From Candidatus Latescibacterota bacterium (GTDB lineage Bacteria > Latescibacterota > UBA2968 > UBA8231), in contig OZ242214.1 of NCBI GenBank assembly GCA_965206595.1, positions 1,728,001 through 1,792,000 on the forward strand: DNA of 64,000 nt, in the 5' to 3' direction. Under the pieces are notes generated by a model. That model did not search any database, had not been told where the DNA came from, and worked only from the letters and a program-made list of their open reading frames with translations. Below, piece after piece: positions 21,449 to 30,996 of the stretch (position 1 is the stretch's first letter; every line of letters begins with the position of its first letter). The translations under genes and the position numbers were made by a program.

Positions 21449-22078
21449 GTGAGAAGTTATATAGTTCCATTTCTGGTGTCATTCTCGCTGCTCGCCTGCA
21501 GTCAGAACTACAGCGAAAAACCGGTGGAAGAAGCCTTGCGGGAAAAGGGGTTTTCACCGCTTCCCACTGCCATCGAAGCAAGCGGTGGTCCAGCCGTTTC
21601 CTCCGGGAAACGCTGGGGAACCCTGCTCGTCACAGTGCCGCCAGGGTGGAGGTCGCGGCCTCCTTCCAGCAGCATGCGGATCGCAGAGTACGTTCTACCC
21701 GCACCGGAAGGATCGTCCGCCGGCGCGGCGGAATTGGCGGTTTTCGCCGGAATAGGAGGCAGCGCCGAGGACAATGTGAATCGTTGGTACGGCCAGTTCG
21801 AGCAGCCTGACGGGACGCCGACCGCCGAGATGTCACGTCGTTGGGATGTCTCCGGCCGCAGCGGAATCACCGCGACGGTCGTCGATATCAGCGGCACCTT
21901 TAAAGGGGGTATGGGTCCTATGGCAGGCAAGACCATGCCAGATTTCCGCATGCTTGCCGCCATCGTCCAGGCAGGGAGTACCGTTTACCACCTGAAGCTT
22001 ACAGGTTCCCGGACCTCCGTCGGTCTCTGGGCAAGTGATTTCGAACGGCTGGTGACTTCACTCGATCTGGGGGGATAG
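21449..22078 (+). CDS. lipoprotein of unknown function
   Basis: Lipobox LLA-C; VPPGW...SSMRIAEY, GGSAEDNVNRWYGQF, KLTG. Confidence 0.75.
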   Translation: MRSYIVPFLVSFSLLACSQNYSEKPVEEALREKGFSPLPTAIEASGGPAVSSGKRWGTLLVTVPPGWRSRPPSSSMRIAEYVLPAPEGSSAGAAELAVFAGIGGSAEDNVNRWYGQFEQPDGTPTAEMSRRWDVSGRSGITATVVDISGTFKGGMGPMAGKTMPDFRMLAAIVQAGSTVYHLKLTGSRTSVGLWASDFERLVTSLDLGG

Positions 22079-22138
22079 AAGCGCCTCGGGCTCGGCCGCC
22101 CGAATTGAACTGCGGGAATCCAGGGAAAGGGACGTAGT

Positions 22139-22978
22139 ATGTACATGCATCTTGAGGACGAGTTCGGGGACGTGGTCGGCAAAGCGCGTCGCGGACAGGA
22201 AATCTCCACGGCGCAGCTTGCCAGCCCTTCAGGACTGAGCGTGGAGGAGCTGGACCAAATCGAGGCGTATCGCCTGACGCCGGACATCGAGGGGGTCGAC
22301 CGCCTCGCCGACAGCCTTGGCCTCCATCGCGACAAACTTCGGGCGAGTGCGGGGAAACGATTTTTTCCGCTCTTCCCGGCAGGGCGTCCCGTCGAAGGGG
22401 CGGTCGTGGAGATGTTGGTGCTCGGCAGCGATTTCCTGATGAACGGCTACGTCGTCGGCTGCACCGCGACCCGGCAGGGAACGGTCATCGATCCGGGATT
22501 CGAGGCGGGAAAAATACTGAAGACTGTCGAGACGCTGGGTCTCGACATCGTCTCAGTGCTACTCACCCACGGTCATGGAGACCACACTGGCGCGCTGTCC
22601 GAGGTGTGTCAGGCGACAAGCGCGCCTGCCTTCATCAGTCATGCGGATTCCTCCATGCTCGGGAGTCTGCGCACCAAGATCGAAGGTGAGTTGGTGGAAG
22701 GGCAGATTTTGGCGGTGGGGAATCTCCGGTTCAGAGTGACCGCCACAGGGGGACACACGCCGGGAGGCATGACCATCGTGCACGACCAGTTCGCCTTTGT
22801 GGGGGATGCCCTGTTTGCCGGATCACTCGGGGGCACGCAAAGCCGGGCAGCATACGAGAAGCAGCGCCAGACGGTTCGCGAAGGCATCCTCGGCCTCGAC
22901 GATGTGATCCTCTATCCGGGACATGGACCGGCGACGACCGTGGGGGAAGAAAGGGCGAGCAATCCCTTTTTCACCTAG
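22139..22978 (+). CDS. HTH-fused metallo-beta-lactamase-fold hydrolase
   Basis: N-terminal XRE-like helices; THGHGDH, GHTPGG, GDALF, YPGHGP. Confidence 0.88.
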   Translation: MYMHLEDEFGDVVGKARRGQEISTAQLASPSGLSVEELDQIEAYRLTPDIEGVDRLADSLGLHRDKLRASAGKRFFPLFPAGRPVEGAVVEMLVLGSDFLMNGYVVGCTATRQGTVIDPGFEAGKILKTVETLGLDIVSVLLTHGHGDHTGALSEVCQATSAPAFISHADSSMLGSLRTKIEGELVEGQILAVGNLRFRVTATGGHTPGGMTIVHDQFAFVGDALFAGSLGGTQSRAAYEKQRQTVREGILGLDDVILYPGHGPATTVGEERASNPFFT

Positions 22979-22995
22979 TTCCGGTCCGGCCCGGT

Positions 22996-23829
22996 TCAGG
23001 GCTCGGGATATTTCCTGTCGTTCAGAGCCCAGTCGTATTCGGCGAAGGTGATGGCGACGTCGGGATTCGCCTGCAGGTATTCCGCGTCGCTCTCCTGCAG
23101 ATAGGGGAGGAGGAAGCGGAGTTGCGGGCTCAGCGTCCGAGGTTCATCCGGATTCCGCGGTGAAAACCCTGCTTCGAAGTCCGTGGCGAACCACTCGAGG
23201 AGTTTCGACAGGTAGATGGTCCCTACACCATCGTCTATGCGCACGTGGGACGCGGTGCGGGCAAACCGTCTTGTCGCCCCATCGAGGCGCTGCTCGAGAG
23301 TGGGGCCGTCGAAGACCCGATTCTCGAGCGGCGGACAGCTCGCTGCGGCGCAGTTGATGGCGAAGTGAATACGCGCATCCCTGAATTCCGGACGGATGAT
23401 CCGGTTCTCCAAGTGATCGAGGGTCAACTCCACTCCACCTAGGACGAACTTCTGTTCCCGGAAGAACCAGCCCTCGGTTCCGACCGCCATTACGCTGGCA
23501 ACGGGGTATGCGGTAACCACTCCTTTCAGGACCAGAGCGTTGTAGGCATTGATCCAGTAGGCGAGTCTGTCGCCTGGTCGGGAGAATCGATTGTCGTGGG
23601 AGTGAGGACTTTCCAGGGCAAGGCTGTCGACGTAGGTATCGAGGTCGCCAGGCTGTGAACTAAGGGCGCGATAGTCCACCGCACCTGTGTTTGCGACATG
23701 CTTTTTCAGAACGCGGTCGAGAATTTCGTGGGGGAAGGGAGCAGCTGGAGTTTCCCCCGCAAGTGCTTCGAGCGGCAGCACCACGACGAGTAGGTGCAGA
23801 GCGGCACGCAACGAAAAGCTAGAAGTCAT
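22996..23829 (-). CDS. DUF547-domain secreted protein
   Basis: VDYRAL, LAYWINAYNALV, RIHFAINCAAASCPPL, YDWALN. Confidence 0.9.
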   Translation of the reverse strand: MTSSFSLRAALHLLVVVLPLEALAGETPAAPFPHEILDRVLKKHVANTGAVDYRALSSQPGDLDTYVDSLALESPHSHDNRFSRPGDRLAYWINAYNALVLKGVVTAYPVASVMAVGTEGWFFREQKFVLGGVELTLDHLENRIIRPEFRDARIHFAINCAAASCPPLENRVFDGPTLEQRLDGATRRFARTASHVRIDDGVGTIYLSKLLEWFATDFEAGFSPRNPDEPRTLSPQLRFLLPYLQESDAEYLQANPDVAITFAEYDWALNDRKYPEP

Positions 23830-24805
23830 TCTCTGGTAAGTCCGTATCGAGCGGGGCACCTGTTTCCGGGGGTTCTGCGGCAAAGTGGTCGAGTGACGGT
23901 CCCTCTTCCAGGGGCGGATAGCCGGGTAGTTCGGGTTCTTCGAGTTCTGGCAGCCCTGGCTGCGAGATTCCCCCGAAGAAAGGGGGGTAGCAGGATGGGT
24001 GACGCAGGCGGCTCAGTGCCCTTTCTTTGATCTGCCGGATGCGCTCTCGGGTAACACCCAGCTGGTCCCCTATCTGGTCGAGGGTCAGCGGCTCGTCGCC
24101 GTCCAGGCCGAAGTAGCGCAAGATGACGTATCCTTCCCGCCCGTCGAGGTGCTGCAGGATCTCATCGATCTGGGCGCGTGCCGATTCCCCGACAAGGCCG
24201 CTGTCCGGCATGCTCTGAGCGGCATCGGTCAAGGTATCGAGCAGGTTTCGGTCGTCGTCCTTTTCGAAGGTTTCATCGAGCGAGCGAACGCTTCTCCCGC
24301 TCAGCAATGTGTTTACGACATCCTGCGCAGGTATCTCGAGTTCTTCGGCTATATCATCTACGTTGGGCTCGTTCTCGCGACCTTGCCCGAGCTTGCGGGC
24401 TGCTTCGGAAATTTCCCTCAGCTGAGAAAGCTTGTTCAACGGCAGGCGAACGGTTCGAGCCTGGTCGGCCACCGCCTGCAGAATGGATTGGCGAATCCAC
24501 CAGACCGCGTACGAGATGAACTTGAAACCTCGCGTGCCGTCGAAGCGCTCCGCCGCGGTCAACAGGCCGAGGTTGCCTGCGCTGATCAGATCCGGCAGCG
24601 ACAGGCCACGGTTCTGGTAGTTCTTGGCTACGTCGATGACGAAGCGCAGGTTCGCCTGCACGAGCTCGTTGCGGGCTTCCATGTCACCCTTGTTTATGCG
24701 CGCCGATAGCTCGACCTCGCGTTCGCGGGAGAGCGGTTTGGAGTCGGTAATGTCACTGAAGTAGAGGCGAATGGCGTTTTCACCGTCGTGCAAGGAATCC
24801 AGCAT
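23819..24805 (-). CDS. RpoD/SigA-family sigma factor (no region 1.1)
   Basis: LVQANLRFVIDVAKNY, DLISAGNLGL, FKFISYAVWWIRQSI, LGVTRERIRQIKERAL; start may be 24847 or 24862. Confidence 0.93.
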   Translation of the reverse strand: MLDSLHDGENAIRLYFSDITDSKPLSREREVELSARINKGDMEARNELVQANLRFVIDVAKNYQNRGLSLPDLISAGNLGLLTAAERFDGTRGFKFISYAVWWIRQSILQAVADQARTVRLPLNKLSQLREISEAARKLGQGRENEPNVDDIAEELEIPAQDVVNTLLSGRSVRSLDETFEKDDDRNLLDTLTDAAQSMPDSGLVGESARAQIDEILQHLDGREGYVILRYFGLDGDEPLTLDQIGDQLGVTRERIRQIKERALSRLRHPSCYPPFFGGISQPGLPELEEPELPGYPPLEEGPSLDHFAAEPPETGAPLDTDLPENDF

Positions 24806-24897
24806 GAACTCGATCTCCAGTTGCGGGAAGGGGAGTGGAGTCGGCATCAGGCCGGCCGGCAACGAACTGCTGCCTGCTGCGAAGTCAGTACGGCCGA

Positions 24898-24926
24898 ATC
24901 ATACAGCAGCTGGAAAGGGGCGTCAA
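24898..24926 (-). promoter_or_regulatory. sigma70 promoter for the sigma factor gene
   Basis: TTGACG-17 bp-TATGAT. Confidence 0.65.
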
Positions 24927-25006
24927 GACGTGGCAAGCCCAGGGACACATGGCGGTTCGGGGCCAGATGAATCGCCCCGGCTGCTCGCGATCCAAAGGAG
25001 TGACAG

Positions 25007-27337
25007 GTGAGTGAAAAGGGCGTGATCGCTATCCGCGGGGCACGCGAAGGATGTCTGCAAGGAGTGAATCTCGAGATTCCGCTCGGCCAGCTCAGCTGCT
25101 TCACAGGCCCCGCGGGTTGCGGTGCCCGGACGTTTGCGGTCGACGTTCTGTATCGCGAGGGGAGGCGGCGCTACCTGCAGGCATTTTCCGCTTTCGAGCG
25201 CGAATACCACGACGGTCTGCAGAAAGCGGAAGTGGACGAGATCCTGGGACTTCCACCCGCGATTCTGCTTCCCGGAATCCCTCCTCGACGAACGATTGCG
25301 GAATTCATCCGGTTTACGGAGGTGGTCGCCCTGCTGTTCGAGCGCCATGGCGAGAGAGCGTGTCCCGCCTGCGGTGGCAGCTGTGCGGGGTATTCTGTGG
25401 CAGAGGCGGCACGGCATGCGGTCGAAAACTTCGCAGGGACCCGGGCGCTGGTAGTAGCCCCGGTAGCATTGGAAGCAAAGGTTGAACCGGCGGCAGTGCT
25501 CGAGGAAATCAGGCGAGCCGGCTTCGCCCGCATCCTGATCGCGGGCGAGGTCGCACGAAGTGAGGAGGTTGCTCCGGACGCCCTGGCGCCGCTGGGGGAT
25601 ACCTTGCAGGTGATCGTCGACCGCGTTGAAATCGGCGAGGATACCCTCAATCGCATCGGCGAAGCCTTGCGCACCGCCCGTGCCATGTCCGGCGGGCGCT
25701 CTTCGCTGATTGCGGAGAAAAAAACCAAATCCCTGAATCAGCAGCTCACCTGCACCTCTTGCTGCAGGGAGTATCCAGACGTCTCGGGTGAAGAGCAGGG
25801 GGAGCCTGCCAATGCCGTTTCCGACAGCGGCCGAGTACCATCATCGTTTGCCGGAAATGCGCCGGAAGATGTCCTGGAGATGGGGATCGATCAGGCGGTC
25901 TCCTGGCTCGAGTATGTGGGCGAATCGACCTCCGTGAAAGGGGACGCGCTCGTTCAAGGGGCGCTTGAAGAGGCAGCCGGAACGCTCTCCCGGCTTGCAG
26001 GTCTGGGACTGGATCACGTTCCGCTGCAGCGGTCGGCTGCCGATCTGGCCTCGGGGGAGTGGCTTCGGCTGGTCCTTGCTCTGACTGCGAGCAGGTCCCT
26101 TACGGGGATCCTCTACATCGTGGAACCCTGCTCCGGTCTGGACGAGGCGAACCTGCGTCTGGCAATGCAAACCCTCGGAGAGCTGGTTTCTGCCGGTAAC
26201 ACCGTTGTGGTGATGGACAACGCCCCCTCGGTGGTCACCGCCAGCGACCAGGTTTTCGCGTTCCGCGGCGGGGAGGCTTTTTTCGCACCTGATCGGACGA
26301 TGGATGAACCTGCGAGGGAGAAAACCGTCCGCCCGGTCGAATGCTCCGGAGTTGGGGATTCAGCGGCCTCGATCCGCATCTGCGGCGCCGGAGATGGAAA
26401 GCACAACAACCTGCGTACCATCGACATCGAGATCCCCACGGGGAAGCTCGTCGTGGTTACCGGGAGTTCGGGAGCGGGGGCAACCAGCCTGCTGCGAGAC
26501 GCAATTGCCCCAGCTCTGCGGCGGCCTCCCGGTGCGAGAGGAGGCTCGGGCGCGCGTCGGGAGGGCGCCGGCCGCGGCTTGATCTCCCTGTCGACCGGAA
26601 ACCTCCGTCGCCTGACCGATCTTCGGGATCTGCGGGGCCATGGAGACGTACCAGTCGTGCAAACACTGGGACTGCTGGGGCCGATTGCCGCCCTGTTTTC
26701 CAGGCAGCCGACTGCCGAAGCCCTCGGCCTGAAACCGGAGTGGTTTCATTTGGATCGGCCGGGTGGACGCTGCCGGGTATGTCAAGGCAACGGCCAGCTC
26801 CGCTTCACCATCGATTTTCTCGACGATGTGGCCGCTCCCTGTCCCGGCTGTGAGGGACGCAGGTACTCCGCAGAAGCTCTGAAGGTCACACACCGCGGCC
26901 GCTCTCCGAGCGATATCCTCGAAATGACCGTGAACGAGGCAAGACAGCACTTCAGCCGGGAATCCAGGATCGCCTCTCGACTGGACACGCTCTCCCGATT
27001 CGACATGGGAGAATACCGACTGGGTGAGCCCACCCGCAGGCTGGAGGTGGCCGAGAGGCTCCGGCTTCAACTTGAAGTCGCCCTTTCGCGGGCATCTGAA
27101 AAGGACCTGCTGCTTCTGGATGCCCCGCTGGCGGGAGCCCATCCCGACGATGCCTCCGCCCTGGCAGATCTGCTCGCGGCGATTGTGTCCAAAAAGGCCA
27201 CCGTCATCGTCGCCGATCGCCATTCCAAACTGCTGCAAAGTGCAGACTGGATTCTAGTGGTTGGTCCGGGCAGCGGGCCAGACGGCGGCCTGGTAGTCGC
27301 CGAAGGGGTTTTACAATATGGCGGAAGTGCAGTGTAA
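25007..27337 (+). CDS. UvrA-like protein with degenerate ATPase motifs
   Basis: IAIRGAREGCLQGV, EGRRRYLQAFS, Zn fingers CPAC/CTSC/CRVC/CPGC, ADWILVVGPGSGPDGG; Walker A/B altered in both halves. Confidence 0.85.
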   Translation: MSEKGVIAIRGAREGCLQGVNLEIPLGQLSCFTGPAGCGARTFAVDVLYREGRRRYLQAFSAFEREYHDGLQKAEVDEILGLPPAILLPGIPPRRTIAEFIRFTEVVALLFERHGERACPACGGSCAGYSVAEAARHAVENFAGTRALVVAPVALEAKVEPAAVLEEIRRAGFARILIAGEVARSEEVAPDALAPLGDTLQVIVDRVEIGEDTLNRIGEALRTARAMSGGRSSLIAEKKTKSLNQQLTCTSCCREYPDVSGEEQGEPANAVSDSGRVPSSFAGNAPEDVLEMGIDQAVSWLEYVGESTSVKGDALVQGALEEAAGTLSRLAGLGLDHVPLQRSAADLASGEWLRLVLALTASRSLTGILYIVEPCSGLDEANLRLAMQTLGELVSAGNTVVVMDNAPSVVTASDQVFAFRGGEAFFAPDRTMDEPAREKTVRPVECSGVGDSAASIRICGAGDGKHNNLRTIDIEIPTGKLVVVTGSSGAGATSLLRDAIAPALRRPPGARGGSGARREGAGRGLISLSTGNLRRLTDLRDLRGHGDVPVVQTLGLLGPIAALFSRQPTAEALGLKPEWFHLDRPGGRCRVCQGNGQLRFTIDFLDDVAAPCPGCEGRRYSAEALKVTHRGRSPSDILEMTVNEARQHFSRESRIASRLDTLSRFDMGEYRLGEPTRRLEVAERLRLQLEVALSRASEKDLLLLDAPLAGAHPDDASALADLLAAIVSKKATVIVADRHSKLLQSADWILVVGPGSGPDGGLVVAEGVLQYGGSAV

Positions 27338-27367
27338 GTCGTTCCGGATCGCCGGGAGGCAGATCGC

Positions 27368-27395
27368 TTGACGCCGTATTTCACTATTGTATATT
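27368..27395 (+). promoter_or_regulatory. sigma70-type promoter for CBS-korAB operon
   Basis: TTGACG-16 bp-TATATT. Confidence 0.5.
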
Positions 27396-27444
27396 GGTGC
27401 AACCATAGAGTTTTCGAGGTATTACACGGTTTTCGCAAACCTCC

Positions 27445-27915
27445 ATGCCCGTAGAAATCGATCTTCAGCAACAGCGAGTAGCCCATCTCGATCTTACCTC
27501 TTTTGCCACCGTCAAGACCGGCGCCAAGGTGCGGGAAGCGCTGGTACGGATGCGCCAAAGCCGAGTCAGTGCCATCCTTGTCCAGGACGAGGAAGACGGT
27601 CTCATCGGAATATTTACCGAGCGAGACGTCCTGCTGAAGGTAGCGGACAACCCATCCACCCTCGACAACGTCGTCGATGACCTGATGACGGCCGATCCGC
27701 AGTCAGTTACGTCGGATACATCGGTCGGTCATGCCCTGCACCTGATGAATGCAGGTGATTATCGCAACGTCCCGGTGCGCGACGAATCCGGGGCGGTGAT
27801 CGGTAATTTGTCTCAACAGGCGATGATCACGTTCCTGACCGATCATTTTCCTCGAGAGATCTACAACCTGCCCCCGGATCCCGAGATGATTCCGACAACC
27901 CGGGAAGGGGCATGA
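27445..27915 (+). CDS. CBS-pair protein
   Basis: LIGIFTERDVL, LMTADP, YRNVPV. Confidence 0.9.
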   Translation: MPVEIDLQQQRVAHLDLTSFATVKTGAKVREALVRMRQSRVSAILVQDEEDGLIGIFTERDVLLKVADNPSTLDNVVDDLMTADPQSVTSDTSVGHALHLMNAGDYRNVPVRDESGAVIGNLSQQAMITFLTDHFPREIYNLPPDPEMIPTTREGA

Positions 27916-28007
27916 GATGATGGTCGGTACGGACACCCGGGGACAGGCATCGGATCAGCGGCACCCTCTCATTTCGTTCTCCTCCACTCGGCAGGAGTAG
28001 CTCCCCC

Positions 28008-29882
28008 ATGGTCGACTCGGCACCTTCGAAGCGATATTCCTCCGGGAATAATGAAGGGGCCGAAACCCGCGATTCCGTGGTCATCCGCTTCTCCGGTGAT
28101 TCCGGCGACGGGATGCAGTTGACAGGGGAGCAGTTCACCAACACCTCCGCGGTCTTCGGCAACGACGTCAGTACTTTTCCGGATATCCCCGCGGAAATCC
28201 GGGCACCTGCCGGGACGATTCCCGGTTTGAGCGGCTTCCAGGTCCACTTCGGCTCCTCCGATCTGTACACAGCCGGAGATCAACCGCAGGTCCTCGTCGC
28301 CATGAACCCGGCAGCTCTCAGGGCAAACCTCGAGGACTTGGAGCCGGGCGGGGTCATCATCGCCAATAGTGATGCCTTCACCAAAAACAACCTGCGCAAA
28401 GCCGGCTATTCAGAGTCACCGCTTATGGGAGATTCCCTGAATGGCTACGAACTGCACCAGGTTGCTCTGACATCGATGACCCGCAGGGCCTTGGAGGGCA
28501 TCGACGGCATGTCGAACCAGCAAAAGGACTTGTGCAAAAACGCTTTTGCGCTCGGACTTGCTTTCTGGATGTTCGACAGGCCGCTCGAAACGACCCTGAA
28601 TTTTTACCAGACGAAGTTCGGCAAGAATTCGCGGGTGGTGGAAGCAAATACCCGCGCCCTCAAGGCAGGCTATCACTTCGGCGAGACGACCGAGACGTTT
28701 CAGTCCCGGGTTCGCGTCCCGGGCCGCACGCACGTAGAGCCGGGAACGTACCGTCGCATTACCGGCAACGAAGCCCTGGTTCTCGGGTTGGTGACGGCTG
28801 CCAAGAAGGCGAACAAACCGCTCTTCTACGGCAGTTATCCGATCACCCCGGCAACTCCCATACTCGAAGGGCTCGCCCCTCTAAAGCATTTCAACGTCCG
28901 CACTTTTCAGGCTGAAGACGAGATGGCAGCCATCGGATCGGTGGTCGGGGCGGCTTTCGGGGGGGCGTTGGCTGCCACCGCGAGCAGTGGTCCCGGGATT
29001 TCGCTCAAGAGCGAGGGGGTCAATTTGGCAGTCGCTCTGGAACTACCTCTCCTGGTAATCGATGTCCAGCGCGGGGGACCGAGTACGGGTCTGCCCACCA
29101 AGACGGAACAGGCGGATCTGCTGTCCGTGTTGTACGGCCGCAACGGAGAAAGCCCGGTTCCCGTACTCGCCGCGGCGACCTCGGGTGAGTGCTTCGACCT
29201 CGCGCTTCAAGCCTTTCGCATCGCCGTACGCTACATGACCCCGGTGTACCTGTTGTCCGATGGCTACCTCGCCAATAATTCTGAGCCTTGGAAGATTCCG
29301 AATGTGGACGAGATCGAACCGATTGTCGTCGAACATCGCACCGACCCGGCAGGTTACCAGCCCTACATGCGAGACCCTGAGACTCAGGCGAGGCCCTGGG
29401 TCCTGCCGGGAACTCCCGGCCTCGAGCACCGCATTGGCGGTCTGGGCAAGCGGGATGTGACCGGGGATGTGTCGTATGCCCCCTTCGACCACGAAGAAAT
29501 CGTCGCCAAGAGGGCGCAAAAGATAGCCGGCATCGCAGATTTCATCCCCGAATTGGAAGTCGAAGGCCCCGATCAGGGGGATTTGTTGGTGTTGGGCTGG
29601 GGCGGTACGTTCGGAGCGATCAAAACGGCAGTTGGTCAGGTAGCCGCTGAGGGCAAGTCAGTAGCCAGTGCCCATCTTCGTTATCTGAACCCGTTTCCAC
29701 GCAATCTCGGAAACGTCCTCGGACGTTTTCGCCAAGTCCTGGTGCCGGAGCTGAATCTGGGTCAGCTCGCACTGCTGATCCAGGGACGCTACCCGGTGAG
29801 AGTAATTTCGTTGAACAAGGTGCAGGGACAGCCGTTCCAGATCCGCGAGATCGTCGCCAAGATCAAACAGGTAGTGGGGTAG
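28008..29882 (+). CDS. korA: 2-oxoacid:ferredoxin oxidoreductase alpha (gamma-alpha fusion)
   Basis: GDSGDGMQLTG, YPITPA, QAEDE, QRGGPSTGLPTKTEQ. Confidence 0.93.
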   Translation: MVDSAPSKRYSSGNNEGAETRDSVVIRFSGDSGDGMQLTGEQFTNTSAVFGNDVSTFPDIPAEIRAPAGTIPGLSGFQVHFGSSDLYTAGDQPQVLVAMNPAALRANLEDLEPGGVIIANSDAFTKNNLRKAGYSESPLMGDSLNGYELHQVALTSMTRRALEGIDGMSNQQKDLCKNAFALGLAFWMFDRPLETTLNFYQTKFGKNSRVVEANTRALKAGYHFGETTETFQSRVRVPGRTHVEPGTYRRITGNEALVLGLVTAAKKANKPLFYGSYPITPATPILEGLAPLKHFNVRTFQAEDEMAAIGSVVGAAFGGALAATASSGPGISLKSEGVNLAVALELPLLVIDVQRGGPSTGLPTKTEQADLLSVLYGRNGESPVPVLAAATSGECFDLALQAFRIAVRYMTPVYLLSDGYLANNSEPWKIPNVDEIEPIVVEHRTDPAGYQPYMRDPETQARPWVLPGTPGLEHRIGGLGKRDVTGDVSYAPFDHEEIVAKRAQKIAGIADFIPELEVEGPDQGDLLVLGWGGTFGAIKTAVGQVAAEGKSVASAHLRYLNPFPRNLGNVLGRFRQVLVPELNLGQLALLIQGRYPVRVISLNKVQGQPFQIREIVAKIKQVVG

Positions 29883-29904
29883 TGATGGACGTAGGAAATC
29901 CGAT

Positions 29905-30930
29905 ATGAGTGAGGCAGTCGCAGAAAGCAAGCTGACGCGGAAGGACTTCGTCTCCGACCAGGAGGTGCGCTGGTGTCCTGGATGCGGTGACTACGCAATC
30001 CTGGCCCAGATGCAAAAAATACTGCCCGAAGTGGGGGTTGCCCGCGAGAAGATGGTCTTCGTTTCCGGCATCGGCTGCTCGAGTCGTTTTCCGTACTACA
30101 TGAACACGTACGGCATACATTCCATCCACGGCAGGGCCCCGACCATCGCAACCGGGCTCAAATCGGTCAATCCCGACCTCAGCGTGTGGGTCATCACCGG
30201 GGACGGCGACGGGCTCTCGATCGGGGGCAATCACCTGCTGCACTGCCTGCGGCGCAACGTTGATCTCAAAATCATCCTCTTCAATAATCGAGTCTACGGC
30301 TTGACCAAGGGGCAGTACTCTCCGACATCGCTGATCGGTCACCGCACGAAATCGACGCCGATGGGTTCGATCGACTACCCGTTGCAGCCGATCTCAGTGG
30401 CGATTGGAGCCGAGGCTACTTTTGTCGCCCGCACGCAGGATACCAACACCAAGCACCTCAGTGAGGTCCTGAGGCGTGCAGCGGACCACAACGGAACCGC
30501 GTTCGTCGAGGTTTTTCAGAACTGTGTCGTCTACCATCCGACCGCTTGGCACCACACGACTGACACCCACGTGCGTGACGACAATATCGTTTTCGTCGAG
30601 GAAGGCCAGCCCTTGGTCTTTGGCAAGGACCGTGACCGGGGTGTGCGCATGAACGGTCAGCATCCCGAGGTGGTGACTTTGGGCAACGGAGTGACCGAGA
30701 GGGACCTGATCGTGCACACGGAAGCGATCGAAAACACCAGCTACGCGTACATGTTGTCGCGTATGGAGAATCCGGAATTCCCGTTGCCTTTCGGCATCCT
30801 CCGCGCCTTGGAGAGACCTGCGTACACGGATATGCTGATAGCGCAAGTCGAAACGGCCATAGAGCAGAATGGCGAGGGTGACTTGAATAACCTCCTTCAC
30901 AGTGCAGATACCTGGGAGGAAATCGGATGA
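29905..30930 (+). CDS. korB: 2-oxoacid:ferredoxin oxidoreductase beta
   Basis: WCPGCGD, SGIGCSS, HGRA, GDGD TPP motif, YGLTKGQYSPT. Confidence 0.94.
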   Translation: MSEAVAESKLTRKDFVSDQEVRWCPGCGDYAILAQMQKILPEVGVAREKMVFVSGIGCSSRFPYYMNTYGIHSIHGRAPTIATGLKSVNPDLSVWVITGDGDGLSIGGNHLLHCLRRNVDLKIILFNNRVYGLTKGQYSPTSLIGHRTKSTPMGSIDYPLQPISVAIGAEATFVARTQDTNTKHLSEVLRRAADHNGTAFVEVFQNCVVYHPTAWHHTTDTHVRDDNIVFVEEGQPLVFGKDRDRGVRMNGQHPEVVTLGNGVTERDLIVHTEAIENTSYAYMLSRMENPEFPLPFGILRALERPAYTDMLIAQVETAIEQNGEGDLNNLLHSADTWEEIG

Positions 30931-30996
30931 CCAAATCCCAACCGGGGCCTACGGAAATCTCCTCAATCTGGGGCCGATTCATTCCGTCAAACGGTC

